From the NCBI GenBank assembly GCA_947085855.1, contig CAMTYB010000001.1:341788-405787 (forward strand): a DNA stretch of 64,000 nucleotides, written 5' to 3'. The notes under the pieces were generated by a model. The model saw only the letters and a program-made list of their open reading frames with translations, was not told where the DNA came from and made no database searches. This document shows positions 31,499 to 40,484 of the stretch, one piece after another. Positions within the stretch are counted from its first letter, which is position 1. Every line of letters begins with the position of its first letter. Source of the stretch: an uncultured Candidatus Saccharibacteria bacterium. GTDB lineage: Bacteria > Patescibacteriota > Saccharimonadia > Saccharimonadales > 2-12-FULL-41-12. A program made the translations under genes and the position numbers.

Positions 31499-34252
31499 TT
31501 ACTGGACAATAAAGTAATCGTAGACATAGGTAGTACTAGCTGCCGGTGTATCGACTGTCCTAAAAGTGACTCCTGAGCTACTGGTAGCACCTCGCGAGAC
31601 GCGCATTTGAGATGACGCATCATTAGCCGGAGTAATTGAGACTCGAGGAGGAGCACCGTAGGCTTGATTGAAGTTTAGAACGAGCAGATCTCCGGTTGAA
31701 GGAGTCGAACCAGTCACTAAGGTTATCGTACCGGCCACATCGTTACCATTTACAGAGGCCGTGGCACCTGATCCAGCTGCTGCCAACGCCTGCACTACCG
31801 GCAAATTACCAGAAGTGATGATATGTCCAGCCACCTCTAACTGAGTAGTCTTGATGGTGGCTGCCTGGAGTGTCCCGCTAACGACCACATCACCACTAAC
31901 CACAATACTATTGAAATTAGCAGCCTGCTGAATAGCATCACCGACCGTGGCCGATGACGTACCAACACTTGCCTTGACCAGCTTAACGCCTGGGTTACTG
32001 TTAGTCTCTTGGGCAATGGCTATTTTAGCGAGGATATCACCAACAGTGGCACTACTGGCGCTAACAGCTCGAGCCGTACCATCGCCATTACTGACCATGA
32101 TGTCTCCAACCACCACTGGACCGGTCACCCGAACTGGCACCTGGCCAGCGAAGGTAACGAGCAGGGCTTCATCTTCACTAAAGACATCGTTACCTACAAA
32201 GGCAGCCGTATCCTTGGAGGAAACTACGTAATTACTGCCATCGTAGGTCACGATGCTGCCGGTTACCGGCTTTACACCGCTCCACGGAATCCACTCGGCG
32301 TAGTCGGCGCCACTGGCGTTGATGCTACCAGCAGCGTTAATTGATCGACTTGTACCACTGTCACGACCAACATACAGCGTGGCTGCGGCGGCATTAAAGT
32401 CCGATACAACGTTGTCAGTACTAACCCGTAAAGCATTACTGCCCGAAGCATCCTGAACCAAGAAAGCGTTATTCGAATTGGTTGTATTCTGGAAGGTCGT
32501 AGCCGACACAATTGGTGCGCCAAAACTAATCTCACCGGCCGCATAGTTGGTGACGTTGCTGCCAAGCTCCAATTGGATGCCATCAACGTAGAATGTATGG
32601 GCCGAACCTTGATTAATCACAATATATATACCGGTCGAGGGCGTCATAGTAGCAAAGCTCGTAAACGTACAAGTAACACGCTGCCAACTACTGTTAATCG
32701 CCACACCACTGGCACAGTTATGTACGTCAGTGGCGCTCGCCCGGTACCAACCATATGAGATTGAGATACCTGGATCGTCGGTCCGTACATAGAATGACAT
32801 CGAGTACGCGGTACTAGAGGCTAAGGTTCGATTCTGGCGAATACCTTGCCCAGAAAAAGTTGTCGATACCTGAGCAGACGCCGATCCAAATTGATGATGC
32901 GTTGTGTTCTGACTGATTGACCCGCCGATCAACATATTAGTCCAGTTGCCCGTGTTTTGCTCAAAACTGGGGTTGAGGATCATATTGTTTGATCCAAGTG
33001 TAGAAATATTGAAAAGTGATGTATTATCGGTGTTTCTGATCTGGAAAGTCGATGACGAGTCTTCGACCGGCCGGAAAACTGCAGCCCCGGTGTTACCGAT
33101 TGAGAACAGGTTGTTGGCACTGGCACTACCGTCTTTCACTTGAAAAATGTCGGCCGATTGACTGGCGTTACCACGAATGACTGCAGTTACATCGGCCGCA
33201 TTCGCGCTCTGCACATTAATATTAGCCGACTGAGTAGTCGTCGTGTTGAGAATAAAGTTTACACCAGATACATCGTCACAGACTGACAGCTGCGACGATC
33301 CATTGGTACAAACGAGCTCTGTGCCCCCAGAACCAAGGGTGCCGACGGTAGTCGTGCCACCAACCTGCAAATCACCAGTTACGGCCAGAGTGCCAGAAAA
33401 TGTCGGACTATCAGTAATTGTGATGCCATTACACGTGCCGCCCGTATTGAGCTGCAAGGTGTTACCACCACCGGTCAAGTTACCACTGCCAGCCGGACAC
33501 GTTAGATTAGCCGTCTGCGTGGGCTGCTCTTGCGGGCTCGTAGCCGAAAAGGCTGCAAATTGACTGGTAATAACCTGTTGTAGATAGCTCGCCGAAACAT
33601 CGAGCTGTCCGTTGACCAACTCTAGGCTCGGCCCCAGTGTAACGTTGCCGCTCGCACCACCGATGGTAGCCACAAACGGTGGCAAGGCGGTCGGGCCAAG
33701 ACTTATGAACTGATTTCCGTTGTAGTAATATGGCACGCTTGTAGTTTTATCGAAGAAGAACTGCCCCACTACAGGATTCTCCGGCTGAGCACTTGGATAC
33801 AAGACGAGCGTATTACCGACCTGGAGTTGCCCGTTAATGAGTAAATATTCGGCCTTTTGCAGCTGCACCGAAGTTCCGCCCGGTAATTGTTCTACTTTGA
33901 GGTCACCAACTGAGTAATTTTCGCTGGTTTTACTGCTTGATTCAGGAGAAATACCCTGTTTATCTTTGTTGTTCAGTAATAATCCCAAGACAATCAAGCC
34001 ACCGATAGCGATCACGACTGCAGCAATCAGTGTGATAATAAAAGCACCCTTGTTGTACTGGAATAAACTTGGGCGCTTAAAAATACCGTGTGTATGGGGC
34101 GGCGAACTTGGGTCACCACCGGGTTGGGCAATTTGTTGTTCAGGCTGCAGTGAGTTTTGGGTCACCTGGACAGTTGGTGTTTCCGACTCAAGCTCTAACC
34201 CTTGTGGGTTAAGCATTGGGTTGTCTTCACGACTGTTCGGATTATTTTCCAT
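31499..34252 (-). CDS. membrane-anchored tail-fibre-like protein with CBM4/9-like domain and peptidase-G2-like autoproteolysis motif
   Basis: 917 aa with an N-terminal TM anchor. Contains FFFDKTTSVPYYYNGNQF, a CBM-like region (NPSFEQNTGNW...YVDGIQLE, 32558-32986) and ASGADYAEWIPW (32291-32311). Confidence 0.8.
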   Translation of the reverse strand: MENNPNSREDNPMLNPQGLELESETPTVQVTQNSLQPEQQIAQPGGDPSSPPHTHGIFKRPSLFQYNKGAFIITLIAAVVIAIGGLIVLGLLLNNKDKQGISPESSSKTSENYSVGDLKVEQLPGGTSVQLQKAEYLLINGQLQVGNTLVLYPSAQPENPVVGQFFFDKTTSVPYYYNGNQFISLGPTALPPFVATIGGASGNVTLGPSLELVNGQLDVSASYLQQVITSQFAAFSATSPQEQPTQTANLTCPAGSGNLTGGGNTLQLNTGGTCNGITITDSPTFSGTLAVTGDLQVGGTTTVGTLGSGGTELVCTNGSSQLSVCDDVSGVNFILNTTTTQSANINVQSANAADVTAVIRGNASQSADIFQVKDGSASANNLFSIGNTGAAVFRPVEDSSSTFQIRNTDNTSLFNISTLGSNNMILNPSFEQNTGNWTNMLIGGSISQNTTHHQFGSASAQVSTTFSGQGIRQNRTLASSTAYSMSFYVRTDDPGISISYGWYRASATDVHNCASGVAINSSWQRVTCTFTSFATMTPSTGIYIVINQGSAHTFYVDGIQLELGSNVTNYAAGEISFGAPIVSATTFQNTTNSNNAFLVQDASGSNALRVSTDNVVSDFNAAAATLYVGRDSGTSRSINAAGSINASGADYAEWIPWSGVKPVTGSIVTYDGSNYVVSSKDTAAFVGNDVFSEDEALLVTFAGQVPVRVTGPVVVGDIMVSNGDGTARAVSASSATVGDILAKIAIAQETNSNPGVKLVKASVGTSSATVGDAIQQAANFNSIVVSGDVVVSGTLQAATIKTTQLEVAGHIITSGNLPVVQALAAAGSGATASVNGNDVAGTITLVTGSTPSTGDLLVLNFNQAYGAPPRVSITPANDASSQMRVSRGATSSSGVTFRTVDTPAASTTYVYDYFIVQ

Positions 34253-34360
34253 GGCCTTGGCCTGTTTTTGATTTGTTTATTTTGTTTTTTATTTTGAAAA
34301 AGGTATGTCTATATTATATACCGCAAAAGTTAGTTTTTCAAGTAGTTTTGCCTCTGTTTT

Positions 34361-34391
34361 CAAAAGCCCTGTTGTTTCTGTAACAACAGGA
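34361..34391 (-). terminator. intrinsic terminator after the 277-aa gene
   Basis: Minus strand CCTGTTGTT, loop ACAGA, AACAACAGG, then GCTTTTG. Confidence 0.55.
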
Positions 34392-34422
34392 CTTTAAGCG
34401 AGCAGTACACGTTTGTACAATG

Positions 34423-35256
34423 CTAGTGTAAAAGCCAGTAAATTATAGCGCCACCAAAACCAACCATAACAAAGGCCAGGAACAATACCCCACCAAGCGC
34501 CCGCAAGATTGACTGCTTGGCGTACGGGTTACGCCCAACAGATATAATACTGCCGTAAACAGAAGCGTACGTCAGCGCAATAAGTGCCACAATTATGACG
34601 AGGGCAATGATTATGCTGAGAACAATACGATACGTCGCCACTGTACGACCAGTGATAGACTTAGTTACTTTCTGTAAGTAATTGAGATTAGCGTCATCGT
34701 CTTGAGCAATTACCGTGCCGGCCGATAAATTCAACTGAATCGTGCCCACCTTTACCTGCTTACTAGCTCCGGACTTCTCTGTTACCTGGGCAGTTGTAGC
34801 CTGACCACTGTCGCCATTAAAGTCGTTCTGAGCAACCCCTACCACCCGTCCACCGGGCGCAGCCTTCATACCAACACCGTTAAAGGGTGAAATAACTACC
34901 TGGTCCCCAGCTTTAATGTCGCCATTTACATCACTCACCAGCACGGTGGCCGTGCCATTGGTGACAATGTGAACCGCGCCACTATCTGGATCGACCGACA
35001 GCAAGGTGTCCTGCGGATCAACGGCAACACCTGCGAACTGAGTGGCGTTGTCTGTGTTGGCTAAAATCACATTGTTTTCTTTGGACGTATCAAAGCTAAC
35101 AATACTGCCCTTGCTAATAGTCTGGTTGGATTGATATGAGCTCGCAATTTCAGCCGCGTGGACAGAATAAAACGTAGCAAGCATAACAACAATAAAAAAT
35201 GTCGCAAGTACCATGCGTGCTACCGACTGTTTTACTATTCGCGTATATATATACAT
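34423..35256 (-). CDS. hypothetical secreted/membrane protein
   Basis: 277 aa with a signal anchor, a beta-rich ectodomain and two C-terminal TM segments (VGRNPYAKQ between them). Confidence 0.6.
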   Translation of the reverse strand: MYIYTRIVKQSVARMVLATFFIVVMLATFYSVHAAEIASSYQSNQTISKGSIVSFDTSKENNVILANTDNATQFAGVAVDPQDTLLSVDPDSGAVHIVTNGTATVLVSDVNGDIKAGDQVVISPFNGVGMKAAPGGRVVGVAQNDFNGDSGQATTAQVTEKSGASKQVKVGTIQLNLSAGTVIAQDDDANLNYLQKVTKSITGRTVATYRIVLSIIIALVIIVALIALTYASVYGSIISVGRNPYAKQSILRALGGVLFLAFVMVGFGGAIIYWLLH

Positions 35257-35454
35257 CTTGCTTATGACTATAGCAGATTACACCCTTGCCCCACCATTCC
35301 ATTCGGCTGAGCTCCTAACGTACATTGAGTTACAGAATTGCAACCACTGACTGACTGGACTACTTTTTTATAATTCTCTCTGCACACCTTATGGCAATGT
35401 TCTAGAATGAGCAACGATGAGTACTTCTAGCTATGCTCAGTGAATACATTTAGT

Positions 35455-35487
35455 GGCACACTACCCCTGTTACCGGACTAGTGTGCC
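35455..35487. repeat. solo GGCACACTA...TAGTGTGCC hairpin overlapping the tatC stop codon
   Basis: 9-bp stem (35455-35463 pairs with 35479-35487). Same GGCACAC/GTGTGCC core as the MITE-like family. Confidence 0.45.
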
Positions 35488-36566
35488 AGTATAATATCCG
35501 ACACCAAACGTGGTGCCGCAGTTTGGGGTTTAACAGCAGAGCGAACAGGAATTCGTTGCACGGCTGGCTGCCTTGAAGTTCTTGCTTGTTGCGGTAATGG
35601 CCGCTTTACTACTACATCCATCGCCCTTCGAGCATTGGCTTGGGTTTGTGGCTGTTGCTGCTGCACTTGCTGAACCTGGGAACTTGGGATGATGATCGGC
35701 TGAGCTGGCTGTCGCTGGTGTAGCTGAGCAATAAAGCCGCCAAGTTGCTGAAACAATTTTTTATCCATTGCTTCTTTGTGGACTTCGGCCTGTAGTCGCG
35801 ATTGTTCACGCTGCTGGGCTTTGGCTATTTTAAGTTGCTTGCGTCGCTCTTTGCGGTTAACTCGCCAGACCAATAAAACACCGACTTGATACAACACGAT
35901 AGCAGGTGCTGCCATAAGGAATTGGTTGAATGGGTCTGGTGTTGGCGTCAGAATAGCCGCCCCTATAAAGCTCCCAAGGATTATGTATCGCTGAGCTCCC
36001 ATCATGCCACCAGGCTTAAGCGGTTTGATGCGATTAATGAACAGGACATACAACGGCAGCTGGAATACCAGTGCAAAGCTAATAATGTAACTGAGTGCAA
36101 AATTGTAATAGGAATCGATCGTTATGAGCGATTGAACATTGCCATCGCCAAACGTTGACAAGAAGTGTAATGAAGCCGGCAAGCTGACCATATAGGCAAA
36201 GGCAACTCCAGCGTATGCCAAAATTACTGAAGCGGCCGTGTAGCGAATGACGGCACCACGACGTCTATTCGTCATGAGTGGTTCTAGGAATTTGTAGGCG
36301 TTATATAAAATAACTGGGGTGGCGATAACCACACCAGCTGCAAAACATAGCTTGAATAATGAAGTGAATCCACCGGCCGGTGACGTGTAATACAACGTCT
36401 GGCCAAGTGGCTTTTGAACTAACGCAAGGAGGGGTTCATGGAATTTGTAGGCAATACCCGCACCGGCAAGTATGGCGACAAAAATAACCATGAGTCGCAA
36501 TTGCAACTCATGTACGTGCTCCATGAACGGCTTCGTTTTAGCGCCGCCTGCAGCACCACCAGCCAT
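35478..36566 (-). CDS. tatC: twin-arginine translocase subunit TatC with ~110-aa Gln/Arg-rich C-terminal extension
   Basis: 362 aa. N-terminal MEHVHELQLRLM... and six TM segments typical of TatC. The tail after ~aa 250 is low-complexity. Confidence 0.9.
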   Translation of the reverse strand: MAGGAAGGAKTKPFMEHVHELQLRLMVIFVAILAGAGIAYKFHEPLLALVQKPLGQTLYYTSPAGGFTSLFKLCFAAGVVIATPVILYNAYKFLEPLMTNRRRGAVIRYTAASVILAYAGVAFAYMVSLPASLHFLSTFGDGNVQSLITIDSYYNFALSYIISFALVFQLPLYVLFINRIKPLKPGGMMGAQRYIILGSFIGAAILTPTPDPFNQFLMAAPAIVLYQVGVLLVWRVNRKERRKQLKIAKAQQREQSRLQAEVHKEAMDKKLFQQLGGFIAQLHQRQPAQPIIIPSSQVQQVQQQQPQTQANARRAMDVVVKRPLPQQARTSRQPAVQRIPVRSAVKPQTAAPRLVSDIILAH

Positions 36567-36577
36567 ACCCTCACCTC

Positions 36578-36778
36578 CTAGGCTTCAGTTTTCTGATTCT
36601 TTTGAGTTTCTTTAGTTGTTTTACTATCCTCATTCATGCCCTTTTGGACACCTTTTTGAAGCTCACCAACAGATTCACCTACGCTGCGAGCCAGCTTCGG
36701 TAAACGTGATGCTCCAAACAAGAGCAAAAGAATTACAAGAATGATAATAAGTTCTGGTAGACCAATTCCGCCTGGCAT
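36578..36778 (-). CDS. tatA: twin-arginine translocase TatA/E family protein
   Basis: 66 aa, [30 protein letters not shown]. Confidence 0.9.
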   Translation of the reverse strand: MPGGIGLPELIIILVILLLLFGASRLPKLARSVGESVGELQKGVQKGMNEDSKTTKETQKNQKTEA

Positions 36779-36838
36779 ATAATACCTTCTTTCTAACAGT
36801 TACTATTGTATATAACTTATGGCTTACAAACAAGCTAA

Positions 36839-37144
36839 TTAGCGTTGTTCTTGCGTAGGCTCTGGTGTATCATCGTCACCGCTTGTAGGTGACGACGGAT
36901 CTTTCTTTTCCACTGATCCCGCCTGATTATTTTTCTTCTTGTTGTGCAATTTTCTTGCTAACAAGTACGTAGCCACCAAAAGAAGTAGGATCCCGATGAT
37001 AACACCTATTAAAGCTCCTGTGCCGGTATCTGACAAGGACCCGGCGGCCCCACCTGTACTACAGTCGTTATAGTCTGAACTACCATAATTTCCACACCCA
37101 TATTGGGCAATGATCCAGCTGTAGATATAGGAGGCTACATACAT
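36839..37144 (-). CDS. small membrane protein with LSDTG-TM-basic segment
   Basis: 101 aa. LSDTG is followed by a TM segment and RKLHNKKK, which is sorting-signal-like but not C-terminal. Confidence 0.5.
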   Translation of the reverse strand: MYVASYIYSWIIAQYGCGNYGSSDYNDCSTGGAAGSLSDTGTGALIGVIIGILLLLVATYLLARKLHNKKKNNQAGSVEKKDPSSPTSGDDDTPEPTQEQR

Positions 37145-37151
37145 GTGTTAC

Positions 37152-37334
37152 CTACTTGCCGTACGGATTGCCGCCGTAGCCAGCGCCACGCTTGGCACCG
37201 CTAAAGAGCTGCTCTAGATTCTTGATGACAGCTGTAACACCTACTGCGCCAAGCAGACCTATGCCTACATACTGCAGGAACTCCTTGCGGTCCATCTCTT
37301 TTTCTAGAATTGGTTTAAGTGGATTATTTATCAT
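37152..37334 (-). CDS. small protein with Tat-signal-like N-terminus (DRKEFLQ + hydrophobic core)
   Basis: 60 aa, MDRKEFLQYVGIGLLGAVGVTAV. Located two genes upstream of tatA. Confidence 0.5.
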   Translation of the reverse strand: MINNPLKPILEKEMDRKEFLQYVGIGLLGAVGVTAVIKNLEQLFSGAKRGAGYGGNPYGK

Positions 37335-37455
37335 AATAGATTCGCTTTTATATATTCTTTTGTTTTTGTTAATTCCCTGACATCAGTGTATATCATAAGC
37401 GCAAACAGTTACAAGTCTTTTTTCAAGCCAGTGCCTTAATAATATGTATATATTT

Positions 37456-37559
37456 GGGGCCACATTTAAAAAGACACACTCGGTGTGCTGTAGATAAAGA
37501 TTTTAAGGTGTTAAATTATGTCGTATGGCACACGGGGTGTGCCCTTTTCAATACCGTCC
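37456..37559. repeat. palindromic MITE/REP-like element, copy C (core inverted)
   Basis: GACACAC TCG GTGTGCT and GGCACAC GGG GTGTGCC hairpins. The core TTAAGGTGTTAA is the reverse complement of the core in copies A and B. Confidence 0.7.
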
Positions 37560-37697
37560 GGCACCAAGTGCACCAAGCGTTTCAACTGACAGCTGATCAG
37601 CCAAATAGATATACCCAACACCGATAGCCAGCAGCGCCAACAATAACATTGTCACGAGCCACCGCTGTAGCATTTGTTTACGAGCTCTATGTCTCAT
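37548..37697 (-). CDS. small membrane protein (49 aa), translationally coupled to sortase
   Basis: Its ATG overlaps the sortase TGA (ATGA). Translates MRHRARKQMLQRWLVTMLLLALLAIGVGYIYLADQL... with one TM segment. Below the track cutoff. Confidence 0.35.
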   Translation of the reverse strand: MRHRARKQMLQRWLVTMLLLALLAIGVGYIYLADQLSVETLGALGAGRY

Positions 37698-38284
37698 GGC
37701 GTGTCTCCTGTCGGCTTAGCAATAATCACTAGTCGATCTTTTGGATTCCAAACCGGTGTACAGGTATACAGGGTTAGCTGGGCAGTATCGGTTGGCGCTT
37801 CAACTTCTTTGTTGTCGGCTTTGACCACCTTGGTTTCGGCAACCTGATAATAATAAGCCTTGCCATGCCAATAAACTGCAAAAGTATCGCCAATCTTTAA
37901 CTTATCGAGGTTATAGAAGACTGCTTTGCTGCGATACGTAAAACGGTGGCCAGCGATGACGGTATTACCCTCATCTAGAGGCGTACTGGTGTACGGTTTG
38001 CGCCATGGACCATCGTTTACCGTTGTTTCGGCCTTACCCTCTCGGATTGCTTCATCGACGAAGATTTGAGGAATAACCAGGCGATTGTCTTTTGGAATGT
38101 CATTAGGTGGTGTAGTTTTAGTGGCTGCTCCCGTTACATAGGCAGGTTGACTCGGCGGAAATTTTTTCTGGAGATGAAATGATAAGAATGGCCAAGCCGT
38201 ATATATCAGAATACCTATCCCTAGTACTAAAACGAGGACGGTAAGGACGGTATTAAGCCGGTCATGCCATTGAGCTGCTGACAC
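37694..38284 (-). CDS. sortase (class E-like)
   Basis: 196 aa with an N-terminal TM segment, catalytic His (IAGHRFTY) and LTLYTCTP (TLxTC). Confidence 0.85.
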   Translation of the reverse strand: MSAAQWHDRLNTVLTVLVLVLGIGILIYTAWPFLSFHLQKKFPPSQPAYVTGAATKTTPPNDIPKDNRLVIPQIFVDEAIREGKAETTVNDGPWRKPYTSTPLDEGNTVIAGHRFTYRSKAVFYNLDKLKIGDTFAVYWHGKAYYYQVAETKVVKADNKEVEAPTDTAQLTLYTCTPVWNPKDRLVIIAKPTGDTP

Positions 38285-38301
38285 GCTAACTCCTCTGGTA
38301 T

Positions 38302-38757
38302 TTAAAGATCAAGTGACTTGTCATCAAGCGAGCTACTTGGGAAATCTTCTTCATCGTTGAGCGTGCTGAGGTCTTGGCTAATCGCGTTGTTAGCTTGTTC
38401 AATGTCAATTGGCTGAGCTGGTTGCAATAACAACGCCTGTGGATTAGTAGTCGTCTGGGTGGCCGGTTGTTTAGTGGTCGATTCTCCACCACCCAACAAC
38501 ACTACTGCTACTGTGAGAATTAAAATTGCACTAATACCAACTGCAGCTGCAATCAGCGGCCCTTTCTTGGAACTCTTTACGGGCTTATGTGGCTGCTGTG
38601 GCGTTACCTGGTTTGGCGCTGGTACTGCTGGCGGCTGAGGCGGTGTGTAGGGCGCCAGGGGCTCCGAAATAGCTGAATCTTGATAGCCCGCCTGTGGATT
38701 GCCTTGGTAGTCATACGGCTGCTGAGGAGATTGATTGTCGTTTTTGTACGGATCCAT
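38302..38757 (-). CDS. Pro/Gln-rich single-pass membrane protein
   Basis: 151 aa. Confidence 0.5.
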   Translation of the reverse strand: MDPYKNDNQSPQQPYDYQGNPQAGYQDSAISEPLAPYTPPQPPAVPAPNQVTPQQPHKPVKSSKKGPLIAAAVGISAILILTVAVVLLGGGESTTKQPATQTTTNPQALLLQPAQPIDIEQANNAISQDLSTLNDEEDFPSSSLDDKSLDL

Positions 38758-39413
38758 TAGTTTGTACCTGCTTTACCCTTGAGTTCGGTGGCATGATTGG
38801 TCAGAACTGGCTTAACGTTGTTGACGACATTATTACGGGTAATTTCGGTTTGACTGCGCAACGCTTTACGATAATCCCGCGCTGTTTCCAGGAGTGATTT
38901 GAAGCCAGCTGGATCGGCTTTACAGTTTATCAAAGCCGCGTCATCTAAAACCTGTTGGTATTCTTTGGCCATGGCTTCATAGGCTGCCACATCGGCCGCC
39001 AGTGCTGCACGCTGTTTTTCTAGCTCAAACGTATCCTTATCGGCTAACTTCAGCTTGCCGACTGCAATCCATAGCTTGCCGTCAATTGACTTATAAATAC
39101 CGGTGCGCGTATCGACTACTGAGGTCGTCTTCTGCTTTAAAGTACGCAATTTGGCCTGGGCGTTGGTACATAGAGACGCTACACGTTGTTGATCACGTGC
39201 ATCAAGCGTAATTGGCTTCTCTGTCTTACGTTGAGCCACACGTTGCTCTAGAGTGGAGCCTGGCGCAGTGGCTGCTGGTGCTTTAGCCTGAGAATGCCCA
39301 ATTTGTGGCTGAGTCAATAAAACCAGTGCTGCACCCACAAAAATGGCGGCGAGCACACCCCCCGTTACAAATACCACCGATAATTGACCTTTTCCGGCCC
39401 TCAACTGCTGCAT
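38757..39413 (-). CDS. membrane-anchored coiled-coil protein
   Basis: 218 aa with an N-terminal TM segment. Its stop overlaps the next gene's start. Confidence 0.55.
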   Translation of the reverse strand: MQQLRAGKGQLSVVFVTGGVLAAIFVGAALVLLTQPQIGHSQAKAPAATAPGSTLEQRVAQRKTEKPITLDARDQQRVASLCTNAQAKLRTLKQKTTSVVDTRTGIYKSIDGKLWIAVGKLKLADKDTFELEKQRAALAADVAAYEAMAKEYQQVLDDAALINCKADPAGFKSLLETARDYRKALRSQTEITRNNVVNNVKPVLTNHATELKGKAGTN

Positions 39414-39441
39414 AGTTACTCAAATTTTAGCATAAGCTGTA

Positions 39442-40482
39442 TTAGAAGCGTAGATAGACGCGAGTTTTTTTCTGTTCTTTACGCTCATTGATGTAGTCTT
39501 TGATGTCCTTATAGTTAAAGACCATGTGAGCTGCCCGGATTTTTCCATCGGGCTGTGTTTGCAAGTTTTTTACAATTTCTATGCCATATCCCACCGGTAC
39601 CTGGCCTGAATGCTGACCATCGGTCAGCTTAAACAGCGCATCTACCACAGACGGGTCAATGTCTCGGTTCGTCTTTTCAATAGCAAAACCATACTCACCC
39701 TTGTTCGGTCGAGTGATCGGATCCTCGGAAACAGTGCTCGCTAAAGTGCCAAAGTCTGCACCGGTACTTAGTTGAGCAATTGCGCCATCGGCTCGTTCTT
39801 TGGTTTGCGTGTCATAAGTAGCCACTACTTTTTCGCGCAACAATTGGGCTTTGAGGCTGCGCTTAAAGTCCTTTTCAGACCAATTCCAAAAGTCTTTTAA
39901 GACATTTTGGAATTCTTTGTCGTTTGCTCCAAGTCGGTTCTGGTTCCGGACCACCGTGATTTCGTCATCGACTTCTCTATCTGTTACCGTGATGCCCTTG
40001 GCTTCAGCTAACTCTTTGACGTAGGCGTCATCGATCACCTTTTCCAGTGCCCGCTTCTTGAATTCAGACAACTGCTGTTTGCCGGCTTCGCTATTAAAAT
40101 CCAGACTCTGTTGTGTTCGATAATAATGCGTATAGTGATTGATTTCGAATAAATAATTTTCGTAGGCTATGAAATCTGAGCCGCTACGTGCCACCGGAAA
40201 CGGTACCACCTGGGTAACTTTATAAATAAACGTTGAAGTTGACTTGAACTTATATAGCGCCAAGGTGCAGTACGTAAAGAACACTACCAAAGCAACCAAA
40301 AATACACTCAGAGAGACAGTCACCAGACGATGCTTGGACTGCCTAAGCGGATAGATATACTTACGCGCTTGCCCTAGCACTTCTTCTCGGTGTTCGGCTA
40401 CAGTGTCATTGGTGATGCGCCCGGCCGGAGCGGGCGTTTCTGACTGTTTACGTCGGCGTAGTTTTGATCTGATTTTTTTCAT
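39442..40482 (-). CDS. membrane-anchored SurA/PrsA-like peptidyl-prolyl isomerase (parvulin-type)
   Basis: 346 aa with an N-terminal TM segment, a SurA-N-like region and a C-terminal parvulin-like segment (GEYGFAIEK...GYGIEIVK). Confidence 0.7.
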   Translation of the reverse strand: MKKIRSKLRRRKQSETPAPAGRITNDTVAEHREEVLGQARKYIYPLRQSKHRLVTVSLSVFLVALVVFFTYCTLALYKFKSTSTFIYKVTQVVPFPVARSGSDFIAYENYLFEINHYTHYYRTQQSLDFNSEAGKQQLSEFKKRALEKVIDDAYVKELAEAKGITVTDREVDDEITVVRNQNRLGANDKEFQNVLKDFWNWSEKDFKRSLKAQLLREKVVATYDTQTKERADGAIAQLSTGADFGTLASTVSEDPITRPNKGEYGFAIEKTNRDIDPSVVDALFKLTDGQHSGQVPVGYGIEIVKNLQTQPDGKIRAAHMVFNYKDIKDYINERKEQKKTRVYLRF

Positions 40483-40484
40483 AA

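Noticed and set aside
31947-33563. Multiple 60-110-aa ORFs antisense to or overlapping the 917-aa gene
   Set aside because: These are shadow ORFs inside a long, well-supported coding region. They have low-complexity Ser/Thr/Pro/Val-rich translations and no SDs. Similar ORFs occur inside thrS, pilB, pilT, the GT2 gene, 43159-45447 and 59113-62886.
24182-34252. Prophage interpretation of the tail-fibre-like genes
   Set aside because: There are no capsid, portal, terminase, tail tube, tape measure, baseplate, lysis or integrase genes in or around the block. The third paralogue (43159-45447) sits among core genes.
37694-37697. Alternative genetic code (UGA recoding as in some CPR lineages)
   Set aside because: TGA functions as a stop. 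For example, the sortase ORF ends in TGA with ATGA coupling. Conserved proteins are full length under code 11, and no in-frame TGA-interrupted genes were seen.
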